Of a DNA stretch of 46,345 nt, positions 29,073 to 38,872 are shown piece by piece. The notes below the pieces were generated by a model. That model was not told where the DNA came from. It saw nothing but the letters and a program-made list of their open reading frames with translations, and did not search any database. This stretch comes from an uncultured Eubacteriales bacterium. Its GTDB lineage: Bacteria; Bacillota; Clostridia; RUG12999. Position 1 is the stretch's first letter. Every line of letters starts with the position of its first letter. Where the stretch lies: the NCBI GenBank assembly GCA_964592375.1, contig CAZQDP010000007.1, positions 1 to 46,345 of the forward strand, in the 5' to 3' direction. The position numbers and the translations under genes were made by a program.

Positions 29073-29258
29073 TTACCAACTTGCCTTTCTTACGCCAGGA
29101 ATCTGACCTTTGTATGCCAACTCCCTGAAGCAAATACGGCAAACGCTATATTTTCTCAGTACAGAGTGCGGACGTCCACATATTTTGCACCTTGTGTATG
29201 CTCTCGTACTGAACTTGGGTGTTTTCTGTTGCTTTAAAATCATTGATTTTTTAGCCAT
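29073..29258 (-). CDS. rpsZ: 30S ribosomal protein S14, type Z (zinc)
   Basis: 61 aa, RCKICGR...[15 protein letters not shown]. Confidence 0.98.
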   Translation of the reverse strand: MAKKSMILKQQKTPKFSTRAYTRCKICGRPHSVLRKYSVCRICFRELAYKGQIPGVRKASW

Positions 29259-29276
29259 TTAAAGTCCCTCCCCCCC

Positions 29277-29819
29277 TTAGCTTTTGCTAAACGGAGCACC
29301 CATAAGTGATAACAGTTCACGGGCTTCTTCATCCGTTTTTGCGGTTGTAACAATAATGATGTTCATCCCTCTTATTTTATCAACCTTATCATACTCTATT
29401 TCCGGGAAAATAAGCTGTTCTCTTATACCCATCGAGTAATTTCCTCTGCCATCAAAGGAATTGGGATTGATTCCGCGAAAATCGCGTACGCGGGGCAATG
29501 CTACATTAAACAGCCTGTCAAGAAATTCATACATGCGTTTCGCACGCATTGTTACCTTCAGGCCGATGTTCATACCCTCTCTGAGTTTGAAATTAGCAAC
29601 TGATTTTTTTGCTTTTGTAACCACCGGTTTTTGTCCTGTAATCAGTGCAAGGTCGCTACCTGCAGCATCCAAAGCCTTTGGGTTTTCTTTGGCTTCTCCC
29701 ATACCTATATTAATAATAATTTTTTCAATCTTAGGTATTTGCATGGGGCTTTTGTATTCAAACTTCTTCATCAGAGCAGGCGCTACTTCACTTAAATATT
29801 TCACTTTAAGCCGAGCCAT
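29277..29819 (-). CDS. rplE: 50S ribosomal protein L5
   Basis: [23 protein letters not shown] and LPRVRDFRG. Confidence 0.99.
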   Translation of the reverse strand: MARLKVKYLSEVAPALMKKFEYKSPMQIPKIEKIIINIGMGEAKENPKALDAAGSDLALITGQKPVVTKAKKSVANFKLREGMNIGLKVTMRAKRMYEFLDRLFNVALPRVRDFRGINPNSFDGRGNYSMGIREQLIFPEIEYDKVDKIRGMNIIIVTTAKTDEEARELLSLMGAPFSKS

Positions 29820-29842
29820 TTTCTGCTACCTCCTTTAGCCCA

Positions 29843-30166
29843 TTATTCGTCTAATAATTCTAAACACTTTTTGCAATATCTTGATTTTTGACCATCGTCA
29901 AGAATCTTCCGTCCGACACGAGTCGGTTGACCGCATTTGGAGCAAATGTGCATCACCTTGCAACCATAAATGGGAGATTCCTTACTGAGTCTGCCGCCCT
30001 CTTCACCTTGGCGGCGAGGTTTTGAATGACGGATAACCATATTGACCTTTTCAACCAGCAACTTTCCGCTATCGGGGTATACTGCCAATACTTTACCCTT
30101 TTTATCTTTATCTTTTCCGGACAGGACTATGACGTGGTCTCCTGTCTTTACATGATTCTTGCTCAC
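29843..30166 (-). CDS. rplX: 50S ribosomal protein L24
   Basis: KTGDHVIVLSGKDKDKKGKV KOW motif. Confidence 0.98.
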   Translation of the reverse strand: MSKNHVKTGDHVIVLSGKDKDKKGKVLAVYPDSGKLLVEKVNMVIRHSKPRRQGEEGGRLSKESPIYGCKVMHICSKCGQPTRVGRKILDDGQKSRYCKKCLELLDE

Positions 30167-30202
30167 TCTTTTTCGCCTCCCTGCCGTATTTTTACGTTTT
30201 TC

Positions 30203-30571
30203 TTACAGAACTTCGGGAGCCAGAGAGAGTATTTTCATATACTCCTTATCCCTGAGTTCTCGCGCTACCGGCCCGAATATACGGGTTCCGCGTGGGTTTT
30301 TATCTTCCCTTATGATAACTGCAGCGTTTTCATCAAATCTGATATATGAACCGTCACTTCTGCGCGCGCCTTTGACAGAGCGTACGATAACGGCTTTCAC
30401 TACGTCACCTTTTTTAACAACCCCACCGGGTGTTGCCTTCTTAACCGAAGCTACAACAACGTCACCTATGCTGGCATATCTTCTCTTTGAGCCGCCCAGC
30501 ACTCGGATACACATAAGCTCTTTAGCACCGGTATTATCAGCTACCTTGAGCATTGTCTGCTGTTGAATCAC
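30203..30571 (-). CDS. rplN: 50S ribosomal protein L14
   Basis: [20 protein letters not shown] and SLAPEVL; GTG start. Confidence 0.99.
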   Translation of the reverse strand: MIQQQTMLKVADNTGAKELMCIRVLGGSKRRYASIGDVVVASVKKATPGGVVKKGDVVKAVIVRSVKGARRSDGSYIRFDENAAVIIREDKNPRGTRIFGPVARELRDKEYMKILSLAPEVL

Positions 30572-30602
30572 AAAAGTTCACTCCTTCCAATGCCATATAA
30601 GC

Positions 30603-30860
30603 TTATTGAGCCTTTTCCACGATTTCGATAAGACGCCATCTCTTGTCTTTAGAAATAGGTCTTGTTTCCATAACCTTGACTCTATCACCTATGCCACATT
30701 CATTTTTTTCATCGTGTGCTTTGAGCTTATACGTTCTCTTCACGATTTTCTTATACAAAGGGTGTTTAACACTATATTCGATAGCCACAACAACGGTTTT
30801 ATCCATTTTGTCGCTCACAACTCTTCCGGTTCTAACCTTCCTGTTGTTTCTTGCTTCCAC
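30603..30860 (-). CDS. rpsQ: 30S ribosomal protein S17
   Basis: [17 protein letters not shown] and [11 protein letters not shown]; GTG start after AGGAGG. Confidence 0.98.
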   Translation of the reverse strand: MEARNNRKVRTGRVVSDKMDKTVVVAIEYSVKHPLYKKIVKRTYKLKAHDEKNECGIGDRVKVMETRPISKDKRWRLIEIVEKAQ

Positions 30861-30908
30861 CTTATTTTGTCCTCCTTTCACTGCCGGTCAAAACAATGAT
30901 CTAAACCC

Positions 30909-31100
30909 TTAGACACGTTCTCTTTCACCTAATATTGTTTTTACTCTTGCTATTGTCTTTTTAACTTCCACCATCTTCATTGGATTTTCAAGCTGGTTGG
31001 TGGCATGCTGAAAGCGTAAGTTAAAAAGCTCCTGCATGAGATCCTTTAATTTGAGCTCCAGCTCTGCGCTGCTCAAATCGCGAATTTCATTAATTTTCAT
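30909..31100 (-). CDS. rpmC: 50S ribosomal protein L29
   Basis: MKINEIR...ELFNLRFQ...LENP...IARVKT. Confidence 0.98.
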   Translation of the reverse strand: MKINEIRDLSSAELELKLKDLMQELFNLRFQHATNQLENPMKMVEVKKTIARVKTILGERERV

Positions 31101-31530
31101 CTGCGTCACCATCCGTTCTCGCTTCTTGCCGAACCACAAACTTACACTTCACAGGAAGCTTGTGTATGGCGCGTACCATGGCCTCTCTTGCCACGTCTTC
31201 TTCTACTCCCGCCACCTCGAACAATACTCTGCCGGGTTTTACAACCGCCACCCAGTATTCCGGTGAACCTTTACCGCTACCCATACGGGTTTCAGCCGGC
31301 TTTTCGGTTATTGGCTTATCGGGGAATATTTTAATCCATACCTGACCGCCCCTCTTGATATAACGTGTCATCGCAATACGGGCAGCTTCAATCTGGTTGC
31401 TGGTAATCCAGCCCGGTTCTAAGGCAACGATACCAAAATCTCCGTATACAACCTGATTGCCTCTTGTGGCTTTGCCTTTCATACGGCCTCTGTGTACCCT
31501 ACGGTACTTTACTCTTTTGGGCATCAACAT
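31090..31530 (-). CDS. rplP: 50S ribosomal protein L16
   Basis: [11 protein letters not shown] and [12 protein letters not shown]. Confidence 0.99.
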   Translation of the reverse strand: MLMPKRVKYRRVHRGRMKGKATRGNQVVYGDFGIVALEPGWITSNQIEAARIAMTRYIKRGGQVWIKIFPDKPITEKPAETRMGSGKGSPEYWVAVVKPGRVLFEVAGVEEDVAREAMVRAIHKLPVKCKFVVRQEARTDGDADEN

Positions 31531-31533
31531 ACC

Positions 31534-32199
31534 TTATTTCCCTCCTTCCACCTTATTTGCCTTCTTATTCTCGGGAAGGACTTCACCTTTATAAATCCAA
31601 ACCTTAACACCTATTTTACCATAGGTCGTGTTTGCTTCATGAAAGCCATAGTCTATATCCGCTCTTAAGGTCTGTAAGGGTATTGTACCTTCGTGATAAT
31701 GTTCTGTACGTGCAATTTCAGCACCGCCAAGGCGGCCTGCAACACAAGTCTTTATGCCTTTTACGCCCAATTTCATTGCTCTGCCCATTGCAGATTTCAT
31801 GGCTTTTCTGAATGAAATTCTCTTCTCAAGCTGCGCTGCAATGTTTTCTGCAACAAGCTGTGCATTCATATCGGGGGATTTTACTTCCACGATATTAACG
31901 GACACATCTTTGCCTGTCATGCTCTCGAGGTTCTTCTTGGTTTTATCGATTTCAGAACCTCCACGACCAATGATGATACCCGGTTTGGCCGCATAGATGT
32001 TCACAAACACTTTGTTTACCTTGCGTTCAATTTCGATCTTCGGAACGCCTGCGGCAAACAGCTGCTTTTTTAATACTTTTCTGATTTTGAAATCTTCAAT
32101 AATATTATCGCCGAATGTTTTGCTGTCTGCAAACCATTTGGAATCCCAATCTTTAATTACGCCTACTCTAAGTCCGTGAGGATGTACTTTCTGACCCAA
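31534..32199 (-). CDS. rpsC: 30S ribosomal protein S3
   Basis: [22 protein letters not shown] and [12 protein letters not shown]; TTG start. Confidence 0.99.
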   Translation of the reverse strand: MGQKVHPHGLRVGVIKDWDSKWFADSKTFGDNIIEDFKIRKVLKKQLFAAGVPKIEIERKVNKVFVNIYAAKPGIIIGRGGSEIDKTKKNLESMTGKDVSVNIVEVKSPDMNAQLVAENIAAQLEKRISFRKAMKSAMGRAMKLGVKGIKTCVAGRLGGAEIARTEHYHEGTIPLQTLRADIDYGFHEANTTYGKIGVKVWIYKGEVLPENKKANKVEGGK

Positions 32200-32220
32200 T
32201 CCGCTTACCTCCTTTACCTG

Positions 32221-32556
32221 TTACTCTTTCTCTTTGAGAACAATTGTGATGTGACTTGTTCTTTTGTTTATTCTGAATGCTCTTCCCTGTGCTCTTGGCA
32301 TAACCCTCTTGAGTATAGGACCCGGGTCTGCATATATCTGAGCCACATAGAGGGCTTCGACATTCATATTATAGTTATTCTCCGCATTGGCCGTTGCCGA
32401 TTTAAGCAGCTTTATGAGAAGCTCCGAAGCTGCTTTTGGTGTATTCTTTAAAATACCCATGGCCGCTCCTACCGGTTTGTTTCTGATTAAATCATTGACA
32501 ATTTTCACCTTACGCGGGGAAATACGAGCGTATCTGTGTATCGCGCGCGCTTCCAT
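32221..32556 (-). CDS. rplV: 50S ribosomal protein L22
   Basis: RISPRKV, ANAENN and [16 protein letters not shown]. Confidence 0.99.
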   Translation of the reverse strand: MEARAIHRYARISPRKVKIVNDLIRNKPVGAAMGILKNTPKAASELLIKLLKSATANAENNYNMNVEALYVAQIYADPGPILKRVMPRAQGRAFRINKRTSHITIVLKEKE

Positions 32557-32585
32557 AATGTTCCTCCTTTCTTAAGAGCTTCCTC

Positions 32586-32858
32586 TTATCTGGATGATTT
32601 TGCTCCCGCATGACCTTTAAAAGTTCTTGTGGATGCAAATTCTCCTAGTTTATGGCCCACCATATCTTCAGAAACATAGACCGGAACATGCTTTCTGCCG
32701 TCATGAACCGCTATTGTATGGCCAACCATTTCAGGGAATATCGTAGATGCTCTCGACCACGTCTTTAAAACTCTCTTTTCGCCTGAATCATTCATCTTGA
32801 TAATTCTCTCCAAGAGAACTTCTTGGACAAAGGGTCCTTTTTTAAGCGATCTGCTCAT
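32586..32858 (-). CDS. rpsS: 30S ribosomal protein S19
   Basis: [18 protein letters not shown] and MVGHKLGEF. Confidence 0.99.
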   Translation of the reverse strand: MSRSLKKGPFVQEVLLERIIKMNDSGEKRVLKTWSRASTIFPEMVGHTIAVHDGRKHVPVYVSEDMVGHKLGEFASTRTFKGHAGAKSSR

Positions 32859-32887
32859 TGATTGTTTCCTCCTTCCGGTCAATGGTA

Positions 32888-33721
32888 TTACTTGGCGCCT
32901 CTGCGCTTGATAATATATTTATCCGTTTTATTTTTCTTCTTGCGGGTTTTCAGACCCAGTGCAGGCTTACCCCAAGGTGTAACCGGACTTGGACGGCCAA
33001 TGGGTGATTTGCCTTCACCACCGCCGTGAGGATGGTCACAAGGATTCATAACAACACCGCGGACAGTAGGTCTCCAGCCCATATGACGCTTACGACCTGC
33101 TTTACCGATGGAAATGTTTTCATGATCCAAATTGCCCACCTGTCCGATGGTTGCTTTGCAGTTCATCAGAATAAGTCTTACCTCGCCTGATGGTAGTCTG
33201 ACCTGCGCGTACTTGCCTTCCTTCGCCATCAGCTGAGCAGAATTACCTGCGGATCTGACGAGTTGGCCTCCCTTGCCTGCCACAAGCTCAATATTGTGTA
33301 TGACAGTACCTACGGGGATTTCAGATATCACAAGTGCGTTACCGGGCTTGATGTCTGCGCCGGTGCCGGACATGATATTGTCTCCGACTTTAAGTCCATG
33401 TGGTGCAAGAATATATCTTTTTTCGCTGTCTTCATACTGCAGAAGAGCAATATTTGCACTGCGATTTGGATCGTATTCTATTGCAATGACCTGCGCTGTC
33501 ATTCCGTCTTTATCTCTCTTAAAATCGATGAGTCTGTATTTCTGTCTATTGCCGCCCCCTCTGTGGCGAACAGTGATCCTACCATACACATTTCTACCGG
33601 CACTCTTCTTCTGCGGCTCCAAAAGTGATTTTTCGGGCTGCTTTTTAGTGATTTCCTCAAACGTGGAAACGGTCATAAATCGACGTGCCGGAGTGGTGGG
33701 ATTATACTTTCTTATAGGCAT
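32888..33721 (-). CDS. rplB: 50S ribosomal protein L2
   Basis: [12 protein letters not shown] and [18 protein letters not shown]. Confidence 0.99.
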   Translation of the reverse strand: MPIRKYNPTTPARRFMTVSTFEEITKKQPEKSLLEPQKKSAGRNVYGRITVRHRGGGNRQKYRLIDFKRDKDGMTAQVIAIEYDPNRSANIALLQYEDSEKRYILAPHGLKVGDNIMSGTGADIKPGNALVISEIPVGTVIHNIELVAGKGGQLVRSAGNSAQLMAKEGKYAQVRLPSGEVRLILMNCKATIGQVGNLDHENISIGKAGRKRHMGWRPTVRGVVMNPCDHPHGGGEGKSPIGRPSPVTPWGKPALGLKTRKKKNKTDKYIIKRRGAK

Positions 33722-33753
33722 TTTTCATTCACCCTCCTTTTGATTACCTGCTA

Positions 33754-34044
33754 TCAGGACATGCTTTCAAAGAATTCTATTCCGCGGCTTGCGGGGGTGA
33801 GCTTCACAATGGCTTTTTTCCAATCCGCTCTTTTCCCCATGTTTGCACCCACTTTTTTGAATTTGCCAAGTACATTCATGGTGGTTACCTTATCTACGCT
33901 AACCCCAAAAATTTCTTCAACTGCTTTTTTTATCTCAATTTTATTGGCATCCCTTGCGACCTCGAACGTGTATTTTTTGTCCGCAGCAGCACCCATGCTT
34001 TTTTCTGTCACAATAGGTCTTCTGATGATTTCATATGCGGTCAT
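33754..34044 (-). CDS. rplW: 50S ribosomal protein L23
   Basis: PIVTEKS, ANKIEIKKAVE and WKKAIVKL. Confidence 0.99.
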   Translation of the reverse strand: MTAYEIIRRPIVTEKSMGAAADKKYTFEVARDANKIEIKKAVEEIFGVSVDKVTTMNVLGKFKKVGANMGKRADWKKAIVKLTPASRGIEFFESMS

Positions 34045-34667
34045 TATGCATACACCTCCTCAATCTTTGCAATGGCATCCTTCGTCACGATCATCTTTTC
34101 ATACTTGATGATATCATATACATTGATGGTGTTGACAAGTGTTGTTGTAACGCCCGGTATGTTTCTGGCTGATTTGAGCACTAAGTCATCCTTCTGAGAA
34201 AGTACGATCAGTGCCTTGCCATCTACATTTAGCTTGCTCAGCACATCAACCATTGTTTTGGTCTTGATTTCAGTAAGCGTAAGGCTGTCGAGCACAATCA
34301 TCTCGCTGTCTTGCACCTTGGTAGTGAGTGCGGATTTCAGTGCAATCCTTCTTAGCTTCTTGTTGAGCGAGAAACGATAGCTGCGAGGTTTTGGTCCAAA
34401 CGCAATACCGCCGCCCGTCCACTGAGGAGAGCGAATGCTTCCTTGACGCGCACGACCTGTGCCCTTCTGCCTCCAAGGCTTTCTGCCGCCGCCTCTTACC
34501 TCTGATCTTGTTTTTGTACTCTGCGTACCCTGTCTTTGGTTTGCCAGATAGTTGACAACCACCTGATGTATGGCATATTTATTAATTTCACTGCCGAATA
34601 TTCCATCAGAAAGTGCGATATCTCCTACCTGTTCACCCGACATATTATACAAAGCCACATTTGGCAT
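34044..34667 (-). CDS. rplD: 50S ribosomal protein L4
   Basis: [30 protein letters not shown]. Confidence 0.99.
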   Translation of the reverse strand: MPNVALYNMSGEQVGDIALSDGIFGSEINKYAIHQVVVNYLANQRQGTQSTKTRSEVRGGGRKPWRQKGTGRARQGSIRSPQWTGGGIAFGPKPRSYRFSLNKKLRRIALKSALTTKVQDSEMIVLDSLTLTEIKTKTMVDVLSKLNVDGKALIVLSQKDDLVLKSARNIPGVTTTLVNTINVYDIIKYEKMIVTKDAIAKIEEVYA

Positions 34668-34694
34668 CGTTATTCCTCCCTTCTGCTTGGCCTA

Positions 34695-35330
34695 TTATTT
34701 GCCTGCCTTCACTGTATTTTTAATAAAAAGCAGCGCGCCTCTTGCACCGGGAACAGCTCCCTTGACAAGAATAATATTTCGATCGACGTCTACCTTTACA
34801 ACCAATAAATTCTGAACGGTAATTTTATCACAGCCATAATGGCCCGGAAGTCTTTTGCCCTTAAATACTCTGGACGGGCTGGAGTTGGCACCCATGGAAC
34901 CTACGCCCCTGTGGTAACCGGAGCCGTGTGTCATCGGACCTCTGTGCGTGCTCCATCTTTTAACTGTTCCGGTAAATCCATGACCTTTTGATGTGCCCGA
35001 AACATCCACAAACTCGCCTGCTTCAAACGCATCTGCCTTAATCGCATCTCCTACATTGTAGCTCGCAATATCTTCTAATCGAAGCTCGCGTAAATGCTTT
35101 TTCAGGCCGCATCCTGCTTTGCCAAAATGACCCTTTTGCGGCTTGTTGGCTCTGATTTCCTTTTTGTCTTCAAAACCGACCTGTATGGCATTATAGCCAT
35201 CTGTGTCTACCGTTTTTTTCTGAACCACCATGCAAGGTCCGGCTTCAATGACCGTAACCGGCACAACCTTGCCTTCTTCGGTAAAAACCTGTGTCATTCC
35301 AAGCTTTTTACCAATGATTGCTTTCTTCAT
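34695..35330 (-). CDS. rplC: 50S ribosomal protein L3
   Basis: [20 protein letters not shown] and VKGAVPG. Confidence 0.99.
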   Translation of the reverse strand: MKKAIIGKKLGMTQVFTEEGKVVPVTVIEAGPCMVVQKKTVDTDGYNAIQVGFEDKKEIRANKPQKGHFGKAGCGLKKHLRELRLEDIASYNVGDAIKADAFEAGEFVDVSGTSKGHGFTGTVKRWSTHRGPMTHGSGYHRGVGSMGANSSPSRVFKGKRLPGHYGCDKITVQNLLVVKVDVDRNIILVKGAVPGARGALLFIKNTVKAGK

Positions 35331-35427
35331 TTATGTTTGCACCTCCTCTGGTTATTGGTTGACGAACTTTGCCGCCAACATGACCTTAAGAACCATCGCC
35401 ATGACCCGATAGCCCCAAAAGGCTTGG

Positions 35428-35742
35428 TTATACTAACTTGATTTCGATTTCCACACCTGCGGGTAAATCCAGCCTTTTGAGTGCTTCCACTGTTTTGTGG
35501 CTGGGAGAGAGTATGTCAATCATTCTCTTATGGGTACGCTGTTCAAACTGCTCACGGGAATCCTTATATTTGTGTACCGCTCTTAAGATGGTGATGATCT
35601 CTTTTTCTGTGGGGAGTGGGATGGGACCGGATACCGAAGAACCTGTCCTCTTGGCTGTATCTACGATTTTGGCTGCCGAACTGTCTACCAAAGTGTGATC
35701 GTAGGATTTAAGCCTAATTCTCATTTTTTGTGTTGCTGCCAT
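35428..35742 (-). CDS. rpsJ: 30S ribosomal protein S10
   Basis: [16 protein letters not shown] and [12 protein letters not shown]; start at MAATQK (35742) after AGGAGG. Confidence 0.99.
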   Translation of the reverse strand: MAATQKMRIRLKSYDHTLVDSSAAKIVDTAKRTGSSVSGPIPLPTEKEIITILRAVHKYKDSREQFEQRTHKRMIDILSPSHKTVEALKRLDLPAGVEIEIKLV

Positions 35743-35959
35743 TGCAATTGTCGCCTCCTTCTTCTTTTGCCTTTTAGGCATTTCACTCGCTGCATCTTCG
35801 CGACATGAAAAATACTGCACACTAGTCCGGGTGTGTCATGCTCACCCGATAATATAACCCGGTGCTCTTTCGCTCTATATATAATGATATATATAGAATG
35901 GAAGACAACCGGGGGCAACACGGCAAAAAAATCTGCCATAGCAAATTGCTTGTGTACAG

Positions 35960-36052
35960 TGACTTGTCGCCCGGTTTCACGAATCGGACATTCTCCACGG
36001 AAATTCCCCGCCTCAAGGACGGCAACCTCCCGCTTCATCGTATGCCATAGTC
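35960..36052 (-). promoter_or_regulatory. S10 (rpsJ) ribosomal leader RNA, Firmicutes/Clostridia type
   Basis: Minus strand GAC...CGATGAAGCGGGAGGTTGCCG...GGGAATTTCCGTGGAG...CCGGGCGAC..GTC matches the recalled conserved rpsJ leader, just after the promoter. Confidence 0.65.
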
Positions 36053-36063
36053 ACAGCAGGAAT

Positions 36064-36092
36064 ATTATACATCATTATTGACCCAATAGCAA
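36064..36092 (-). promoter_or_regulatory. Sigma-A promoter of S10 operon
   Basis: Minus strand TTGCTA-17-TATAAT. Confidence 0.75.
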
Positions 36093-36158
36093 ATGTTTTT
36101 TATTTTCATTTTGTAGAATTTTTGTTTTCATCCGTCATATTTTATGTATATATTGCAC

Positions 36159-36205
36159 AAATAAGTGCGCGATGCAAGCAATCATTGCCCATCGCGCACT
36201 TATTT
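36159..36205 (-). terminator. Terminator after yfbR
   Basis: Perfect 16-bp inverted repeat AAATAAGTGCGCGATG/CATCGCGCACTTATTT right after the stop codon. Confidence 0.75.
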
Positions 36206-36207
36206 CT

Positions 36208-36789
36208 TTAAATTTCATCCAGCGTTAAAGAAAAACCTTCAATAAAAGTATCAATAAAATATGCTACCTCCGCTAGATCTGTGTTTTTTACAATTTGGTA
36301 CAATGCCTGTCCTGCTTTTTTAAACTCACTGTTGCCTGCGCCCTCTTCCTCAATGCATTTGATGTATGCAGAAAGCTTGTCTGCCGCCTTCACAAGTCTT
36401 TCAAGATAAGCATCCGACTCGAGGGAAGGAAAAAAAGCATCCCTGTATCCTTCTAAAAGCGCTGGTGGAAGAAGTGAAAGCTCCCTTTCCTTGGCAATAT
36501 CCTCAATGTTTCCGTAGGCCGACTTGATATTTGCATCATAATATTTCACAGGAGTTGGCAAATCGCCCGTAAGAATTTCGCCGACATCGTGGTACATAGC
36601 GATGACCACCGCCCGCTCCACATTGATGTTCTTGCCAAAGACATCCCTAGCAATGACCGCAAGGCAATGCGCAATCATCGCCACTTGCAAGCTGTGTTCC
36701 TGCACATTTTCCGGGTGAGAATTGCGCATCAGCCCCCATCTTGCGATGTATTTCATTCTGGATAACAATGCAATAAAATTAGATTTCAA
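36208..36789 (-). CDS. yfbR: 5'-deoxynucleotidase (HD domain)
   Basis: RMKYI.RWGLMRN...ENV.EHS, YHD...TGDLPTPVKY and VKAADKLSAYIKCIEE. Confidence 0.93.
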   Translation of the reverse strand: MKSNFIALLSRMKYIARWGLMRNSHPENVQEHSLQVAMIAHCLAVIARDVFGKNINVERAVVIAMYHDVGEILTGDLPTPVKYYDANIKSAYGNIEDIAKERELSLLPPALLEGYRDAFFPSLESDAYLERLVKAADKLSAYIKCIEEEGAGNSEFKKAGQALYQIVKNTDLAEVAYFIDTFIEGFSLTLDEI

Positions 36790-36828
36790 GTGTTACTCAT
36801 TCCTTTGCTTTCACGCCATATGTATTTG

Positions 36829-37965
36829 CTAAAATTTCGTCCAAAGCCTCAGCATTTGCCAAAAAGCCTTGAAAAATCCGATTTTCCCAACATCTTCACC
36901 TGCCACGATATCTGCATAGCAGGTTTCCTCATTGCCTGTCTTTACGCTCAGCGTACCAATTTTAGTACCCCTTAAAACGGGTGCTTTTACGAATTCATCC
37001 AATATGGCGGTAGATGTGGTTTCTCCTGCCGTTTTATTCACCACCACCACAAGGTCTGTGCCCACCACCGCTTTCACCGTTTTTTTACCACCCCGGGTGA
37101 CCTTGACCTCTCCGACCACATCACCCATCTTCGCCATATTTTTCATGGCAAAATTGCCATAGCCATACTCAAAGAGTTTTTTCGGCTCAGTAAAGCGTAC
37201 ATCTCCGCTTTTTGCGCCCAGCACAACCGCAATGAGCGGCATGCCGTCTTTTTCAGCCGTCGCTGCCAGGCAGTTTCCTGCATTTTCTGTATAGCCGGTT
37301 TTGAGCCCTGTGGTATATTCATAATTCTTTAGCAGTTTATTTGTATTGGCAAGTAGTGTTTTTCCACCACGCAGTGTATCCGTCCAAATCATGGAATACT
37401 TTTTAATGCTCGGATGTTTTCCCATCAGCTCACGAGAGAGGAGTGCAACATCATAGGCGCTGGAAAAATGCCCTTCCATATCAAGACCTGTCGCATTGAG
37501 AAAATGGGTATTGCGCATTTGAAGTTCCGCAGCTCTTTTATTCATCAGCCCCACAAATTCGCTTTCGGTGCCTGCAATTCTTTCCGCCATGGCAATGGCC
37601 GCATCATTTCCACTGTTGATAATAATCCCCTTAATAATATCTTCCACCGACATTTGCTCGCCCACATTCAGGAAAATGGTGGACCCCCCCGCATCCTTTG
37701 CATGCTGGGAGCCTGTTACCATATCGGTTAGCGCAAGCTTTCCGCTGTCGATTTCCTCCATGGTAATGAGGAGTACCATGGTTTTGGTCACGCTTGCGAT
37801 AGGCAGCTGCTCATGCATATTCTTTTCAAACAGCACCTTGCCTCCGGTAGGCTCCATGAGTACTACACTTTTGCTTTCAAAATCATCGGGCGAAAGCGCC
37901 GCACCAAAGGCCGCTTGGCCACATAGCAGCATCACTGCGCAGCAAAGTAAGCATATTCTCTTCAT
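36829..37965 (-). CDS. D-alanyl-D-alanine carboxypeptidase (peptidase S11, DacF-like)
   Basis: SVTK (SxxK), SGN (SxN) and KTG motifs, signal peptide, PBP5_C-like C-terminus; start at MKRIC. Confidence 0.92.
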   Translation of the reverse strand: MKRICLLCCAVMLLCGQAAFGAALSPDDFESKSVVLMEPTGGKVLFEKNMHEQLPIASVTKTMVLLITMEEIDSGKLALTDMVTGSQHAKDAGGSTIFLNVGEQMSVEDIIKGIIINSGNDAAIAMAERIAGTESEFVGLMNKRAAELQMRNTHFLNATGLDMEGHFSSAYDVALLSRELMGKHPSIKKYSMIWTDTLRGGKTLLANTNKLLKNYEYTTGLKTGYTENAGNCLAATAEKDGMPLIAVVLGAKSGDVRFTEPKKLFEYGYGNFAMKNMAKMGDVVGEVKVTRGGKKTVKAVVGTDLVVVVNKTAGETTSTAILDEFVKAPVLRGTKIGTLSVKTGNEETCYADIVAGEDVGKIGFFKAFWQMLRLWTKF

Positions 37966-38011
37966 ATTCAACACCTTCTTCTTTTTGAAATGCAAAATTC
38001 ATTTTTCAGGA

Positions 38012-38872
38012 CTACTCGCCACAATTCGCTTGTACCTGGGCAGCCTTGAGCGTATTTTTCATCAGCATGGCAATGGTCATGGGGCCAACACCACCGGGAA
38101 CGGGTGTAATGGCACTTGCTACCTGCAATACGCTTTCATAATCCACATCGCCACAAAGCGCACCGTCAGACGTGCGGTTCATCCCGACATCAATCACAAC
38201 CGCACCGGGCTTTACCATATCCTTTGTAATCATTTTTGCTCTTCCCACTGCCGCCACCAAAATATCCGCACGACGGCATACCTCTGCTAAATTCTGCGTT
38301 TTTGAATGGCAGATGGTCACAGTTCCATGCTGATGCAGCAGTAGCATGGCTTGCGGTTTTCCCACAATATTGCTCCTGCCCACAATCACGCACTCCTTGC
38401 CTGCAGGTGAAATGCCACTTTCGGCAATCAGTTCCATCACGCCGGCGGGAGTGCAGGGCAGAAAATCATAGTCGCCAATCATAATCTTGCCCACATTCAC
38501 AGGGTGAAACGCATCTACATCCTTCCGATAATCAATAGCATCAATAATAACCTTCTCATCAATTTGTGCCGGCAGTGGTAGCTGTACCAATATCCCGCTA
38601 ATTTCCTTCTTTTGATTCAGTGTTTCAATAAGGTGCAATAGCTCCGTTTGGGTGGTATCTTTTCCGAGCGCATATTCCTCCGAATAAATACCCACATATT
38701 CACAAGCCTTTTTCTTGTTGTTCACATACACTCTGGAAGCAGGGTCATCCCCTACGATTACCACCGCAAGCCCTGGCGCTATGCCTTTTTGCTTAAGATT
38801 TTGCACCTGAGCCTTTACCTCTTCCTTGATCCTTGCGGAAACTGCCTTTCCGTCTATTATTTTGCAACTCAT
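38012..38872 (-). CDS. folD: Bifunctional methylenetetrahydrofolate dehydrogenase/cyclohydrolase
   Basis: GILVQLPLP, KDVDAFHP, PCTP, GRSNIVGKP and TPVPGGVGPMT. Confidence 0.98.
   Translation of the reverse strand: MSCKIIDGKAVSARIKEEVKAQVQNLKQKGIAPGLAVVIVGDDPASRVYVNNKKKACEYVGIYSEEYALGKDTTQTELLHLIETLNQKKEISGILVQLPLPAQIDEKVIIDAIDYRKDVDAFHPVNVGKIMIGDYDFLPCTPAGVMELIAESGISPAGKECVIVGRSNIVGKPQAMLLLHQHGTVTICHSKTQNLAEVCRRADILVAAVGRAKMITKDMVKPGAVVIDVGMNRTSDGALCGDVDYESVLQVASAITPVPGGVGPMTIAMLMKNTLKAAQVQANCGE

Noticed and set aside
20429-35698. Many plus-strand ORFs opposite the ribosomal cluster
   Set aside because: Antisense artefacts of codon-biased conserved genes.
35721-36081. Small ORFs upstream of rpsJ as leader peptides
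   Set aside because: No RBS, no biased amino-acid run, and they overlap the structured RNA leader.
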